DNA of 64,000 nucleotides from a virus. Below are positions 24,632 to 32,636 of this stretch, piece after piece. Location: positions 64,137-128,136 of IMG/VR virus record IMGVR_UViG_3300045988_075126, one strand, 5' to 3'. Position 1 is the stretch's first letter. Each line of letters starts with the position of its first letter. The translations under genes were made by a program, and so were the position numbers. Below the pieces are notes generated by a model. That model made no database searches. It was given only the letters and a program-made list of their open reading frames with translations, and had not been told where the DNA came from.

Positions 24632-24965
24632 TACAGGTATCTCTTCAATGACTATGTGGAGTGCATTGATGGGTGTAAAGCGAAAGAAAGATTTGAATAT
24701 TCCTAAAGACAATAGTGACTTCCGTAGATGCTATGACATGGTAGAATACGGACACGTAACCTTGGATGAGCTACAGGTTGTAAAGAAGCAATATTCTTGG
24801 TTTGCTCCTTTTGTTGATAACTGGAAGGAATTGTCTCTTTTGTTTGAAGAAGAGCTGGCAAACGCTTGTATATGCGTATTCGTCAGCTATGTGAAGAGTC
24901 AGATGCTATCCGGTATGAGAAAAAGGGAGAACTTTATTATGAGAGGAATTTTTGGTATAATATAA
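24591..24965 (+). CDS. hypothetical protein
   Basis: ORF track; ATG start; no domain recognised. Confidence 0.55.
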   Translation: MNKQRMIEWVSTCDTGISSMTMWSALMGVKRKKDLNIPKDNSDFRRCYDMVEYGHVTLDELQVVKKQYSWFAPFVDNWKELSLLFEEELANACICVFVSYVKSQMLSGMRKRENFIMRGIFGII

Positions 24966-24984
24966 CACAATAATCAAATTAAGA

Positions 24985-25809
24985 ATGAAGAAAATTATCT
25001 TAATGTTTTGTTTTGCGATACTCGGCATGAGTGCGCTTACAAGTTGTCATTCGGTTTCTCCCGATGCAGACGAAGAAGCCGTAATCGTAAAGAAGCCTTG
25101 GTTTATTGGGCATGGAGGTGTTGAACAGCAAGCAGTGCAGACTGGTCTCACTTGGTGTTGGTGGTCAACGAGTGGTTATTACTTCAAGATTGTTCCAGTC
25201 CGTCATGAGATTACCTTAGATGATTTGTTTAGTGACGATAACACGCCACTTGACTTCCATACTGTAATCATTACTCAGATTGAGCAAGGCAAGTCCCCAA
25301 TTCTTTTGCAGAATTATGGAGAGAAATGGTTTGATACTAATCTCAACAATTATTTCTGCAATCTGGTTCGAGACCATATTTCTCAGCATTCCCCATTTGA
25401 CTTGATGTCGAATCGGCAAGTGCTTAATCAGATTGACACCAAGATACGCAAGCAGATGCAGGACTATGTGAATGCTCTATCAAAGAAAAAGCAGATGCCT
25501 ATCATCATAAAGGAGGTTATCATTGGTAAAGCTACACCAAACAAGGAACAGCTTAATGAAATGAACCGCACGGCAAAGGTCGTGCAAGCCAAGCAGACAC
25601 AAGAACGTGAATATGAAGTGCAGATAGCAAGAGAAAAGGCTGAGCGACAAAAGGCAAAGGCAGATAAGGCATATATGGAAGAAATGAACCTTTCCGCTGG
25701 TCAGTTTATCAACCTTAAGTGGATTGAAACAGTAGCAAATAAGCAAGGAGCAAATATTGATGTTATGGTTGGCCCTGCTGAAAGCATGTGGAATATAAGA
25801 CGCAATTAA
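24985..25809 (+). CDS. SPFH/band-7 (prohibitin/HflKC-like) lipoprotein
   Basis: Lipoprotein signal MKKIILMFCFAILGMSALTSC; body and C-terminal charged helix (QAKQTQEREYEVQIAREKAERQKAKADKA) fit the SPFH architecture. Confidence 0.55.
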   Translation: MKKIILMFCFAILGMSALTSCHSVSPDADEEAVIVKKPWFIGHGGVEQQAVQTGLTWCWWSTSGYYFKIVPVRHEITLDDLFSDDNTPLDFHTVIITQIEQGKSPILLQNYGEKWFDTNLNNYFCNLVRDHISQHSPFDLMSNRQVLNQIDTKIRKQMQDYVNALSKKKQMPIIIKEVIIGKATPNKEQLNEMNRTAKVVQAKQTQEREYEVQIAREKAERQKAKADKAYMEEMNLSAGQFINLKWIETVANKQGANIDVMVGPAESMWNIRRN

Positions 25810-25835
25810 TTAATTTATAAATCAAGTAAACAGAA

Positions 25836-26189
25836 ATGAATAAAGACAAATTAAAGGTCAGTTTTGAGATTGATCGTTACAAGGTGATTGGTATGCTCTC
25901 ACGAAATTGTGAGAATGCTGAAGAGTACAATGAGATTATGGGTATTCTTGAAGACAAGAATGAGTTTGTGCGTGATGCGAATGGTAACGAGGAGCTTGCA
26001 AGCCGCATTTGCAATTATGCTTTAGACTCTATCTTGGTTGAGAATCCAGATTTGGCTCTCCGTAAGCGTTTGGATAAGGAACAGAAAGGCGAGGATGCTC
26101 CTGATGTTTCAAATGTTATCGAAATTAAAGGTGATGACGCAAAGAAACTTGTAGAAACCCTTTGCGGTATTCTCCGCAAGGATAAGTGA
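25836..26189 (+). CDS. hypothetical protein
   Basis: ORF track; ATG start; no domain recognised. Confidence 0.6.
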   Translation: MNKDKLKVSFEIDRYKVIGMLSRNCENAEEYNEIMGILEDKNEFVRDANGNEELASRICNYALDSILVENPDLALRKRLDKEQKGEDAPDVSNVIEIKGDDAKKLVETLCGILRKDK

Positions 26190-26230
26190 TGTGAAATTCA
26201 TCAAAAGAATATAAATAAACACTAAAACAC

Positions 26231-26261
26231 TTGCAGGTATAAGAAAAAATGCTTATCTTTG
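26231..26261 (+). promoter_or_regulatory. extended phage promoter driving the tRNA array
   Basis: ACACTAAAACACTTGCAGG; TTG 26231-26233, 20-nt spacer, TATCTTTG 26254-26261; about 140-nt leader ending in hairpin AGGGT-GAGAG-ACCCT (26389-26403). Confidence 0.6.
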
Positions 26262-26406
26262 CATCGTGTTTGAAACAGATGGTCTTCAGAGAGGTCGCTT
26301 CTACCATAATAAGTCAAGACTTAGGAGTTTACGGCATGGTTTATAGATTACCCAGCCCAGCTAGACTATAACAAGGAAACTCTTATTAGGGTGAGAGACC
26401 CTAGAT

Positions 26407-26479
26407 GCTGCATTAGACAAGTGGTTAAGTCGCCAGCTTTTCACGCTGGTATTCAAAGGTTCGAATCCTTTATGCAGTA
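26407..26479 (+). tRNA. tRNA-Glu (anticodon TTC)
   Basis: Hand-folded cloverleaf: acceptor GCTGCAT/ATGCAGT, anticodon stem CCAGC/GCTGG, loop TTTTCAC, T arm AAAGG-TTCGAAT-CCTTT; 73 nt. Confidence 0.8.
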
Positions 26480-26485
26480 CTAAAT

Positions 26486-26556
26486 TGCCCTATGGTGTAA
26501 TGGCAACACTACAGGTTTTGGTTCTGTCATTAGTGGTTCGAATCCACTTGGGGCAA
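26486..26556 (+). tRNA. tRNA-Gln (anticodon TTG)
   Basis: Acceptor TGCCCTA/TGGGGCA (U1-A72), D arm GTGT-AATGGCA-ACAC, anticodon stem ACAGG/TCTGT, loop TTTTGGT, T arm AGTGG-TTCGAAT-CCACT; 71 nt. Confidence 0.8.
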
Positions 26557-26586
26557 CGAGGAGGAATAGGAGTATGTTCCACAAAT

Positions 26587-26671
26587 GGTGCGATATTCAA
26601 GCGGTTAAAGAAGATTGACTGTAAATCAATTCCCATAGCGGGTTCGGTGAGTTCGAATCTCCCTTGCACCA
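26587..26671 (+). tRNA. tRNA-Tyr (anticodon GTA), class II
   Basis: Acceptor GGTGCGA/TTGCACC, anticodon stem ATTGA/TCAAT, loop CTGTAAA, long variable arm (CCC..GGG), T loop TTCGAAT; 85 nt. Confidence 0.7.
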
Positions 26672-26693
26672 CAAGTACTTTTGTCATATTACA

Positions 26694-26766
26694 AGGAATG
26701 TAGCTCAGTAGTAGAGCACTTGGCTTGGTAACCAAGGGGGCGTTGGTGCAAATCCAACCATTCCTT
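26694..26766 (+). tRNA. non-canonical tRNA with 8-nt anticodon loop CTTGGTAA (Thr-GGT-like or Pro-TGG-like)
   Basis: Acceptor AGGAATG/CATTCCT, D arm GCTC-AGTAGTA-GAGC, anticodon stem CTTGG/CCAAG enclosing 8 nt, T arm GTTGG-TGCAAAT-CCAAC (G at position 55); 73 nt. Confidence 0.55.
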
Positions 26767-26769
26767 TAC

Positions 26770-26841
26770 GCTTTCGTAGCTCAGTGGCAGAGCATAGGAT
26801 TTTTAATCCTAGGGTCGAAGGTTCGAATCCTTCCGTTGGCA
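26770..26841 (+). tRNA. tRNA-Lys (anticodon TTT)
   Basis: D arm GCTC-AGTGGC-AGAGC, anticodon stem TAGGA/TCCTA, loop TTTTTAA, T arm GAAGG-TTCGAAT-CCTTC; acceptor stem has two U-U mismatches. Confidence 0.6.
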
Positions 26842-27023
26842 CAATGATACACAAGAAGAGAGCCGTGATGTTTGTCCTATTGGAATCTCGGACATCTTTC
26901 AACGGGTAAACGTAGGAAGCAGATGGGACGAATAAAGTTGCGAATAAGTCTATGAACTAGGGAGACAAGCGGAATGGTTCTCTTTTGTGTTTCGTTTGAT
27001 GGTTTTACGAAAATTAGAAGAAT

Positions 27024-27293
27024 ATGAAAAGTCCGCTAAGAATGGCAGTCGCTTTAGAGAAGAATAATAAAGTATATCCGAAAGATGTACGGAAGTTCTT
27101 GATGGGATTGTACGCCACGCTGCATTTGACAGATAACGCAACGGCTAAAGATATGGAAAAGGTGGTTTATTATGCTTTTCGGAATGGCTATCTGCTAGGT
27201 GTTAAGTCTGAAGGTGGTGATGACCAAAAAGCGTATGACAGACTGCCGGATTTGGGAGTAGAAGAAGATATTGGTGATGATTTAAGAAGATAG
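27024..27293 (+). CDS. hypothetical protein
   Basis: ORF track; ATG start; followed by a strong terminator. Confidence 0.55.
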   Translation: MKSPLRMAVALEKNNKVYPKDVRKFLMGLYATLHLTDNATAKDMEKVVYYAFRNGYLLGVKSEGGDDQKAYDRLPDLGVEEDIGDDLRR

Positions 27294-27327
27294 TTGATAA
27301 AATTGGTAATTAGTTAGTAAAGTTTTT

Positions 27328-27361
27328 AGGCTTTGGTGTGTGAACATCGAAGCCTTTTTTA
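27328..27361 (+). terminator. intrinsic terminator
   Basis: AGGCTTTG/CGAAGCCT 8-bp stem followed by T6+. Confidence 0.7.
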
Positions 27362-27453
27362 TATATAATAAGGTATATAAAGAGGGTAATTGTTAATAAA
27401 GTGCATATATCAGTTACCGTAAGTTAAATATATAAAGAAAAACATTAAAATGC

Positions 27454-27484
27454 TTGCATGTTTCAAAACTTATTTGTATCTTTG
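27454..27484 (+). promoter_or_regulatory. extended phage promoter (CATTAAA..TTGCA..-7 TATCTTTG) for the amidoligase operon
   Basis: TTG 27454-27456, 20-nt spacer, TATCTTTG 27477-27484; same subfamily as 20692 and 41752. Confidence 0.65.
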
Positions 27485-27540
27485 CATCGTCAATCAAGAT
27501 AAGTTGGTTGATTTGCCGAGTGACAAGTTTCACTCAATAA

Positions 27541-27583
27541 GGTGAGAGCGACACCAAGGGGTAAGACCCGAAACAACTAGCAC
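27541..27583 (+). promoter_or_regulatory. conserved leader element, expanded type A (GGUGAGAGCGACACC + GGGGUAAGACCC + GAAACAACUAGCAC)
   Basis: Same GGTG/CACC stem with longer loop, an extra hairpin inserted, and an A-rich box; ATG 27592 is 8 nt after CAC. Confidence 0.55.
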
Positions 27584-27591
27584 AATTGATT

Positions 27592-28521
27592 ATGTCTAAG
27601 CAGACTGGTTTTTCATTCGCAAGTTCAAAGAAGTCATTAATTGAGACTATTGACGAAATAAAGAAGTCAAAGATGCCTCGCAACGAAAAGATTGTTGCAT
27701 TGAAGGCTTGCGGTCTTCGTGAGAAAGAAATCTCCGATATGTTGAAGGTCTATGTACCTAGCGGCTCTACTTCAACGAGATTTGTTTATACATTCGGTGT
27801 TGAGATTGAATGTGTTCATGCCGAGCGCAATGCCTTGATAGAGGCAGGTCGTCAGAATGGTGTTGATATTCATTCTGAGGGTTATAACCACACCGATAAT
27901 AAGAGCTATTTCAAGATTGTTAGTGATTCTTCTGTTGGTGGTGATGTTGACCCTAACGAGGTTGTTAGTCCGGTATTGAATGGCAATACAAATGGTATGG
28001 CAACTTTGAAGAAGGCTATTAAGTCTTTGGATGCTGTAGGTGCAAGAGTTAATTCTACTTGTGGTCTTCACGTTCATATTGGGGCAGCAAAGTTGACAGG
28101 TGAGCAGTATGTTAACGTTTTCAAGAATTATCAGAAACTTGAAAGATTGATTGATAGTTTCATGGCTCCTTCAAGAAGAGGTAATTGCCGTTGGGCAGCC
28201 AGCTTGCTTGACAAGGATTTCTCTAATTGCCACGGCAATTACGATATTAGACGTAATGTATTTCATGGAGATAGATATTACAAGGTCAATGCAGAGAGCT
28301 ATGCACGTCACAAGACTATCGAATTTCGCCAGCATCAAGGTTCAACCAATTATAAGAAGATTGAAATGTGGGTTAAGTTCTGTGCAAAGCTTGTCGGTTG
28401 GTCTCGCAACAATGTCTTCACTAGTGAGGTTATGAATATCGAAGATATACCTTTCTTGAATAAAGAAGAGAAGGCTTTCTTCCAGAGCCGTAAGGATGCA
28501 TTTGCAGCCAATAATAATTAA
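27592..28521 (+). CDS. amidoligase-family (glutamine-synthetase-like, Amidoligase_2) enzyme
   Basis: FGVEIECV.., FKIVSDSSV....EVVSPVL.., STCGLHVHIG.., HKTIEFRQHQGSTNYKKIEMWVKF match the conserved blocks of the putative amidoligase enzyme family; ATG 27592 preferred over TTG 27586. Confidence 0.7.
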   Translation: MSKQTGFSFASSKKSLIETIDEIKKSKMPRNEKIVALKACGLREKEISDMLKVYVPSGSTSTRFVYTFGVEIECVHAERNALIEAGRQNGVDIHSEGYNHTDNKSYFKIVSDSSVGGDVDPNEVVSPVLNGNTNGMATLKKAIKSLDAVGARVNSTCGLHVHIGAAKLTGEQYVNVFKNYQKLERLIDSFMAPSRRGNCRWAASLLDKDFSNCHGNYDIRRNVFHGDRYYKVNAESYARHKTIEFRQHQGSTNYKKIEMWVKFCAKLVGWSRNNVFTSEVMNIEDIPFLNKEEKAFFQSRKDAFAANNN

Positions 28522-28529
28522 TTAATGTA

Positions 28530-28553
28530 GTCCTAGGGCTTTTACCCTAGGAC
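28530..28553 (+). promoter_or_regulatory. intercistronic 9-bp hairpin
   Basis: GTCCTAGGG/CCCTAGGAC, 6-nt loop, no U tail; between the amidoligase and amidotransferase genes. Confidence 0.4.
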
Positions 28554-28598
28554 ACAAATAAACCAAAGTATTATTAAGAAAAAAGAAAGGGTAAAGAT

Positions 28599-29132
28599 AT
28601 GTGTGTTGTTATTGTATGTCCGAAAGGTGTTGCTTTGCCATCCGTAGATGAGCTGAAGGCTGCATATATGAGAAATCCAGATGGTTGTGGGTTCGTGAGC
28701 GAGTCTGACCATTACAAGAGTTTGCATTTCTCTACATTTATCCGTAGATTGATGAAGCGAGATATAAATGAAAATGTAATCATACATTTTAGATTTGCTA
28801 CTCATGGTTCTGTTTGTGTCAAGAATTGCCATCCATTCTATAAGGCAGGTTATTGGTTTGCACATAATGGAGTGCTCCCGATTTGCTCCGAGCATGATAA
28901 AACGGATAGTCAGATTTGCTTTGAGCGTTTCATTTATCCTACTATCAAGAAATATGGTTGGGGTTCTAATGAACATATGAAAGAAATGAATAAATGGACA
29001 GCTCATGGTTCTAAGTTTGCAATGTTGCATAATGGTGAGATTGTGAAGTCCGGTAAATTCATAGAGCGTGATGGACGGTTTTATTCTAATTTGAATCATT
29101 TGGGTTATATGCGAAATGTTATAAACTTTTAG
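28599..29132 (+). CDS. class-II (Ntn) glutamine amidotransferase-like protein
   Basis: N-terminal Met-Cys (MCVVIV..), NPDGCGF, HFRFATHGS....NCHPF, AHNGVL = order of class-II GATase / YafJ-type Ntn motifs. Confidence 0.7.
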   Translation: MCVVIVCPKGVALPSVDELKAAYMRNPDGCGFVSESDHYKSLHFSTFIRRLMKRDINENVIIHFRFATHGSVCVKNCHPFYKAGYWFAHNGVLPICSEHDKTDSQICFERFIYPTIKKYGWGSNEHMKEMNKWTAHGSKFAMLHNGEIVKSGKFIERDGRFYSNLNHLGYMRNVINF

Positions 29133-29288
29133 ATGATTAATGTTTAGGTTCTTTTTATTCGACAAGCGTCAGATGTCCGTGAGGATGTTTGGCGTTTTTT
29201 CGTTATATGCGAGTTTAATTTTGTATTACCACTAGTTATACGATTTCATAATAAAATAGCCTTAAATCGCTTGTAAATGCCATTATTG

Positions 29289-29310
29289 CTCACTTTTAGG
29301 CAAAAGTGAG
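29289..29310. promoter_or_regulatory. 9-bp inverted repeat upstream of the head-operon promoter
   Basis: CTCACTTTT-AGGC-AAAAGTGAG; centre about 55 nt upstream of the -7 box at 29353. Confidence 0.45.
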
Positions 29311-29352
29311 ATACTTGCAAATAGATTAGTGTATTAATTATTCTTTTCGTAT

Positions 29353-29360
29353 TATCTTTG
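29353..29360 (+). promoter_or_regulatory. -7 box TATCTTTG of the head (late) operon
   Basis: 28 nt before ATG 29389; no good -33 TTTG at the standard spacing, suggesting activator dependence. Confidence 0.5.
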
Positions 29361-29388
29361 CACTAGTTTTAACAAATATATCGAAAGA

Positions 29389-30246
29389 ATGAAAGAGAAA
29401 ATTTTCCAGTTACTAAAACAAGAGTATAAGTCTCTTGGGTTAGGTGATGAAGTTCTTCAGGCACATGCCGAAATGCTTGATAAGATGGGGCTTGTTACTG
29501 ATGACAACATCGAGACAGTGGTTGCTAGTCAAAAGGATTTTTTGGAGTCCTTGCAAAAGGACAATGACCGCAGAGTTACCGATGCCAAGAAAAAGTTCGA
29601 GGAGGCGCAGAAGGCTAAAGAAGATGCTGAACGCAAGGCTGCTGAAGAGGAAGCTAAGAAGAAAGCTGAAGAAGAAGCCAAGAAAGCCGCTGAGGAAGCC
29701 GAAAAGAAACGCTTGGAGGAATTGGCAAAGAAAAACGAAATGCCGGACTATCTCAAAAAATACTTTGAAGAGCAGGCAGCAGAGAAGAAAGCTTCTGAGG
29801 AAGCAAGAACCAAGGAACGTGAAGAGTTCAAGAAACTCGTAGAGACCTTGACTCAAAAGAACACCGACCAAACCAAAGTCTACAACGAACAGATGGAGGC
29901 GCAAAGCAAGACCATCAAGGAATTGCAGGATACCATCCAAAAGCAAGCTGAGGAGGCTAAGGCTAAGGAAGAGGCTGCTGCTAAGGCAAAGGCAAAAGCA
30001 GACCACGATGCGAAGATTTTATCGAAGGCTAAGGAGTTGGGCATTCCCGAAAGTCGTATTAACGAGGGTTTCACTTTGAGCGATGATGCCACAGATGAGA
30101 CCATCGAAACATACCTCTCTAAGGTAGCGAACAACTACAAGGCGTTGCAACAACCACAATTCGGGGGCAGCTATCGTGCTAGCGAGGGTGAGCCAACAAA
30201 GGAGGACGTTGACAATGTAGCCGCATCATTAGTTCAGTCACTTTAA
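29389..30246 (+). CDS. scaffolding protein (Nu3-like by position)
   Basis: 285 aa, E/K/A-rich coiled coil (AEEEAKKKAEEEAKKAAEEAEKK..); immediately upstream of D-like and gpE-like genes. Confidence 0.55.
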   Translation: MKEKIFQLLKQEYKSLGLGDEVLQAHAEMLDKMGLVTDDNIETVVASQKDFLESLQKDNDRRVTDAKKKFEEAQKAKEDAERKAAEEEAKKKAEEEAKKAAEEAEKKRLEELAKKNEMPDYLKKYFEEQAAEKKASEEARTKEREEFKKLVETLTQKNTDQTKVYNEQMEAQSKTIKELQDTIQKQAEEAKAKEEAAAKAKAKADHDAKILSKAKELGIPESRINEGFTLSDDATDETIETYLSKVANNYKALQQPQFGGSYRASEGEPTKEDVDNVAASLVQSL

Positions 30247-30258
30247 AAATTGAAAAAC

Positions 30259-30711
30259 ATGAATCAGGAATTGAAGACTACGAAAAAGCAAATTGTCTTT
30301 GGTGAGGATTCCGTCATCATCCAGAAATGGGAAGGCGACATCAAGGGCGGTCGTGCTTTGGATTGGACAGGCGTAAAAGATGAAGTTCTTTACGCAGGTC
30401 GTGTTATCGTGACAGATGGTAAGGGAACTTACAAGCCATTGCCTATCGAAACTGGCAATTATAAGGAATTGGGCACTACTAGTGACCCATTGGAACATTA
30501 CAAGTATGCAGGTGTTCTCTATCGTTCCATTCTGAACGGTGAGCCAGCGGCAATTATGACTGCTGGACAAGTAAACAAGGTAGCAGCTAAGGCTGCAAAT
30601 GGTGCAGACTATCCGGATGCATTCCTTACAGCTATGCCAAAGATTGCTTTGGTTAGCGATGAGGATGCTAACAAGTTCGATGAGTCTGATGCAACTATGG
30701 ACAAAGACTAA
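30259..30711 (+). CDS. head decoration protein candidate (gpD position)
   Basis: ORF track 30250 (TTG); ATG 30259; sits between scaffold and gpE-like capsid gene as in lambda; no motif recognised. Confidence 0.4.
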   Translation: MNQELKTTKKQIVFGEDSVIIQKWEGDIKGGRALDWTGVKDEVLYAGRVIVTDGKGTYKPLPIETGNYKELGTTSDPLEHYKYAGVLYRSILNGEPAAIMTAGQVNKVAAKAANGADYPDAFLTAMPKIALVSDEDANKFDESDATMDKD

Positions 30712-30728
30712 AAGGAGGAGGATAACAG

Positions 30729-31817
30729 ATGGAAAAATCACTTTATTTTCAGTTGGTCAATAAATACTTCCCACAACTTGTTGCAAGTGTAGTAGAGAAG
30801 TTGAACGGCAAGTATCAGACCACATTGACCTATATGTACCGAGACCACTTGACTAATACCTATAGTCAAGACGGACGATGGGCATCAATTACTGCGGAAT
30901 ACACACGAGTTGCTGCTGACGTTGTATCAATGGATGCGGAACTTCCATTGAAGAGCCGTGACAAGGTATCAACCGCTGAGGGTCAAATCCCAAAGGTTGG
31001 TATGAAACTCTACATGTCAGAGAAGCAGCTTAAGGATTTGGACAACATGATTGCGCAACGTTTGCCTCAGCCACAGATTTTGCGTAACTTGTTTGCAGAC
31101 CTTCCTCGTTGTATTCAGGCGGTTTACGAGCGTATTGAAGATATGTTCCTCAGTGAGTTGTCAACAGGTGTAGCTTTGGCTACCCGTTCAGGTGGTACTG
31201 GTGTTCGAGTTGATGTTGGCTTTGCCGAGAAGAACAAGTTCGGTCATGGCACTAAGGCTTGGGACGCAGAGGATGCAACCCCACTTGACGACATCCAATT
31301 GGTTTACGACAAGGCGATGGAAGACCAAAATACCATCACTACTTGTTATCTTGACGATTACACAATCAAGTTGCTTGGTAAGAACAAGCAGGTTCGTGCT
31401 CAGTTTGCCTTCAATCAAGGCATTGCGATTAATAGTGATAGCAATATTCCTATTTTGAGCTTAGAGCAAATTGCTTCTATCTTCAAGAACAAGTGGCAGA
31501 CTAACTTGGTACGTGTAGCCCGTACGATCAAGACCGAGATTAACGGCAAGAAGGGAACACACAACCCTTGGGCTAAGGGTCACATGACCTTTACTTGCTA
31601 TGACAATCTTGGTGATTTGTTCTGGACTAACGTAGCCGAAGCTACAAGACCAGTTGCAGGTGTAACTTATCAGTCAGCCGATGAGTATATCTTGGCTAGC
31701 CGTTATTCTACCAACGACCCACTCCGTGAGTTCACCAGCTCACAGGCAATGGTTGTTCCTATCTTGAATAACGTTGATGCCATTTACTCTTTGGACTCAA
31801 CACAAGCAGTAGGTTAG
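30729..31817 (+). CDS. major capsid protein (lambda gpE-like family)
   Basis: 362 aa; C-terminus ..YSTNDPLREFTSSQAMVVPILNNVDAIYSLD parallels lambda gpE ..TTGDPAREFTMIQSAPLMLLADPDEFVSV; position after scaffold. Confidence 0.85.
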   Translation: MEKSLYFQLVNKYFPQLVASVVEKLNGKYQTTLTYMYRDHLTNTYSQDGRWASITAEYTRVAADVVSMDAELPLKSRDKVSTAEGQIPKVGMKLYMSEKQLKDLDNMIAQRLPQPQILRNLFADLPRCIQAVYERIEDMFLSELSTGVALATRSGGTGVRVDVGFAEKNKFGHGTKAWDAEDATPLDDIQLVYDKAMEDQNTITTCYLDDYTIKLLGKNKQVRAQFAFNQGIAINSDSNIPILSLEQIASIFKNKWQTNLVRVARTIKTEINGKKGTHNPWAKGHMTFTCYDNLGDLFWTNVAEATRPVAGVTYQSADEYILASRYSTNDPLREFTSSQAMVVPILNNVDAIYSLDSTQAVG

Positions 31818-31821
31818 GCTT

Positions 31822-32280
31822 ATGAGAGGTGAGGTAATTAGTCCGTTCCGTGACAAGTTCCATTTTAACACCATCTATGAAGTTGGTGCAATCTTGGACT
31901 TTGACGAAGAACGTATGAACTCCCTTATCGAACGTAAGCTTTGCAAGATGTTGGAGGTGCAGGGCAGTAATAGTTCTGCATCTCCAAAAGACGATAAGGA
32001 AATTAAAGATGCTCCTAAGAAGGAAGTCTTGAATGATGGAAAAGAAAATCCTGTAAAGGAAGAAGAAAAGAAACCAGAAGAGACACCTAAGAAGGAAGTC
32101 TTGAAGGAAAAGAAGGAGAGTAAGCCTAAAAAGGAGAAAACTCCAAAAAAGGATGCTGCCGAGTCGACCGAAGAGACTTCTGAAAAGGAGAATGTAGATG
32201 AGGAACTTGATGAAAAAGCAAAGAGCGAGCAGGATGCTGCAAAGAAAATCGCTGAGGCTATGAGTCAGGCTCAGAAATAA
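31822..32280 (+). CDS. hypothetical head-associated protein with K/E-rich disordered tail
   Basis: Small folded N-terminus then PKKEVL repeats and KKEKTPKK-type low complexity. Confidence 0.55.
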   Translation: MRGEVISPFRDKFHFNTIYEVGAILDFDEERMNSLIERKLCKMLEVQGSNSSASPKDDKEIKDAPKKEVLNDGKENPVKEEEKKPEETPKKEVLKEKKESKPKKEKTPKKDAAESTEETSEKENVDEELDEKAKSEQDAAKKIAEAMSQAQK

Positions 32281-32289
32281 TGATGTCAC

Positions 32290-32625
32290 ATGAAGATAAG
32301 AGAATACATTTCACAGAAGTTGCGTGCTTGGAATATTACCGATGCCCAGTTGGAAGATGTTTCGTCAGGTATAGACCTTGACGAAGAATATACGTCTGAC
32401 AACTCGCAAGTCGTAGGCAAGGCGATGATTTCCGTAATCGAGGAGCTTATGCTTGCCCCATATATGAGCAATGTGAACGAAAATGGATTCTCTGTCTCTT
32501 GGGACTACTCTAGGATAGGGCAATACTATATGTGGCTTTGCCGAAAATATGGTGTTGCTCCGGATGATGAAGTGGTGGCAGCTTTAGGGCTTTCCACTAT
32601 CACGGATAAGTCTGATATTTGGTAA
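32290..32625 (+). CDS. hypothetical protein (head-tail joining candidate by position)
   Basis: ORF track; between capsid and tail genes. Confidence 0.55.
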   Translation: MKIREYISQKLRAWNITDAQLEDVSSGIDLDEEYTSDNSQVVGKAMISVIEELMLAPYMSNVNENGFSVSWDYSRIGQYYMWLCRKYGVAPDDEVVAALGLSTITDKSDIW

Positions 32626-32636
32626 ATGTCTAGGTT

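Noticed and set aside
26485-26902. ORF-track ORFs 26485..26703(+), 26490..26735(-) and 26705..26902(-)
   Set aside because: They overlap five hand-folded tRNA genes. This is tRNA DNA, not coding sequence.
28542-29165. 207-aa minus-strand ORF antisense to the amidotransferase gene
   Set aside because: The plus-strand ORF has the ordered class-II GATase motifs starting with Met-Cys. The antisense ORF has no motifs and no promoter, and it would run against the operon.
29440-30134. Alternative-frame and antisense ORFs (29440..30006-, 29444..29842+, 29880..30134-) in the scaffold gene, and 31759..32289(-) over the K/E-rich gene
   Set aside because: These are artefacts of GAA/AAG/GCT-rich repeats that stay open in several frames. 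The sense frames fit the lambda-like gene order.
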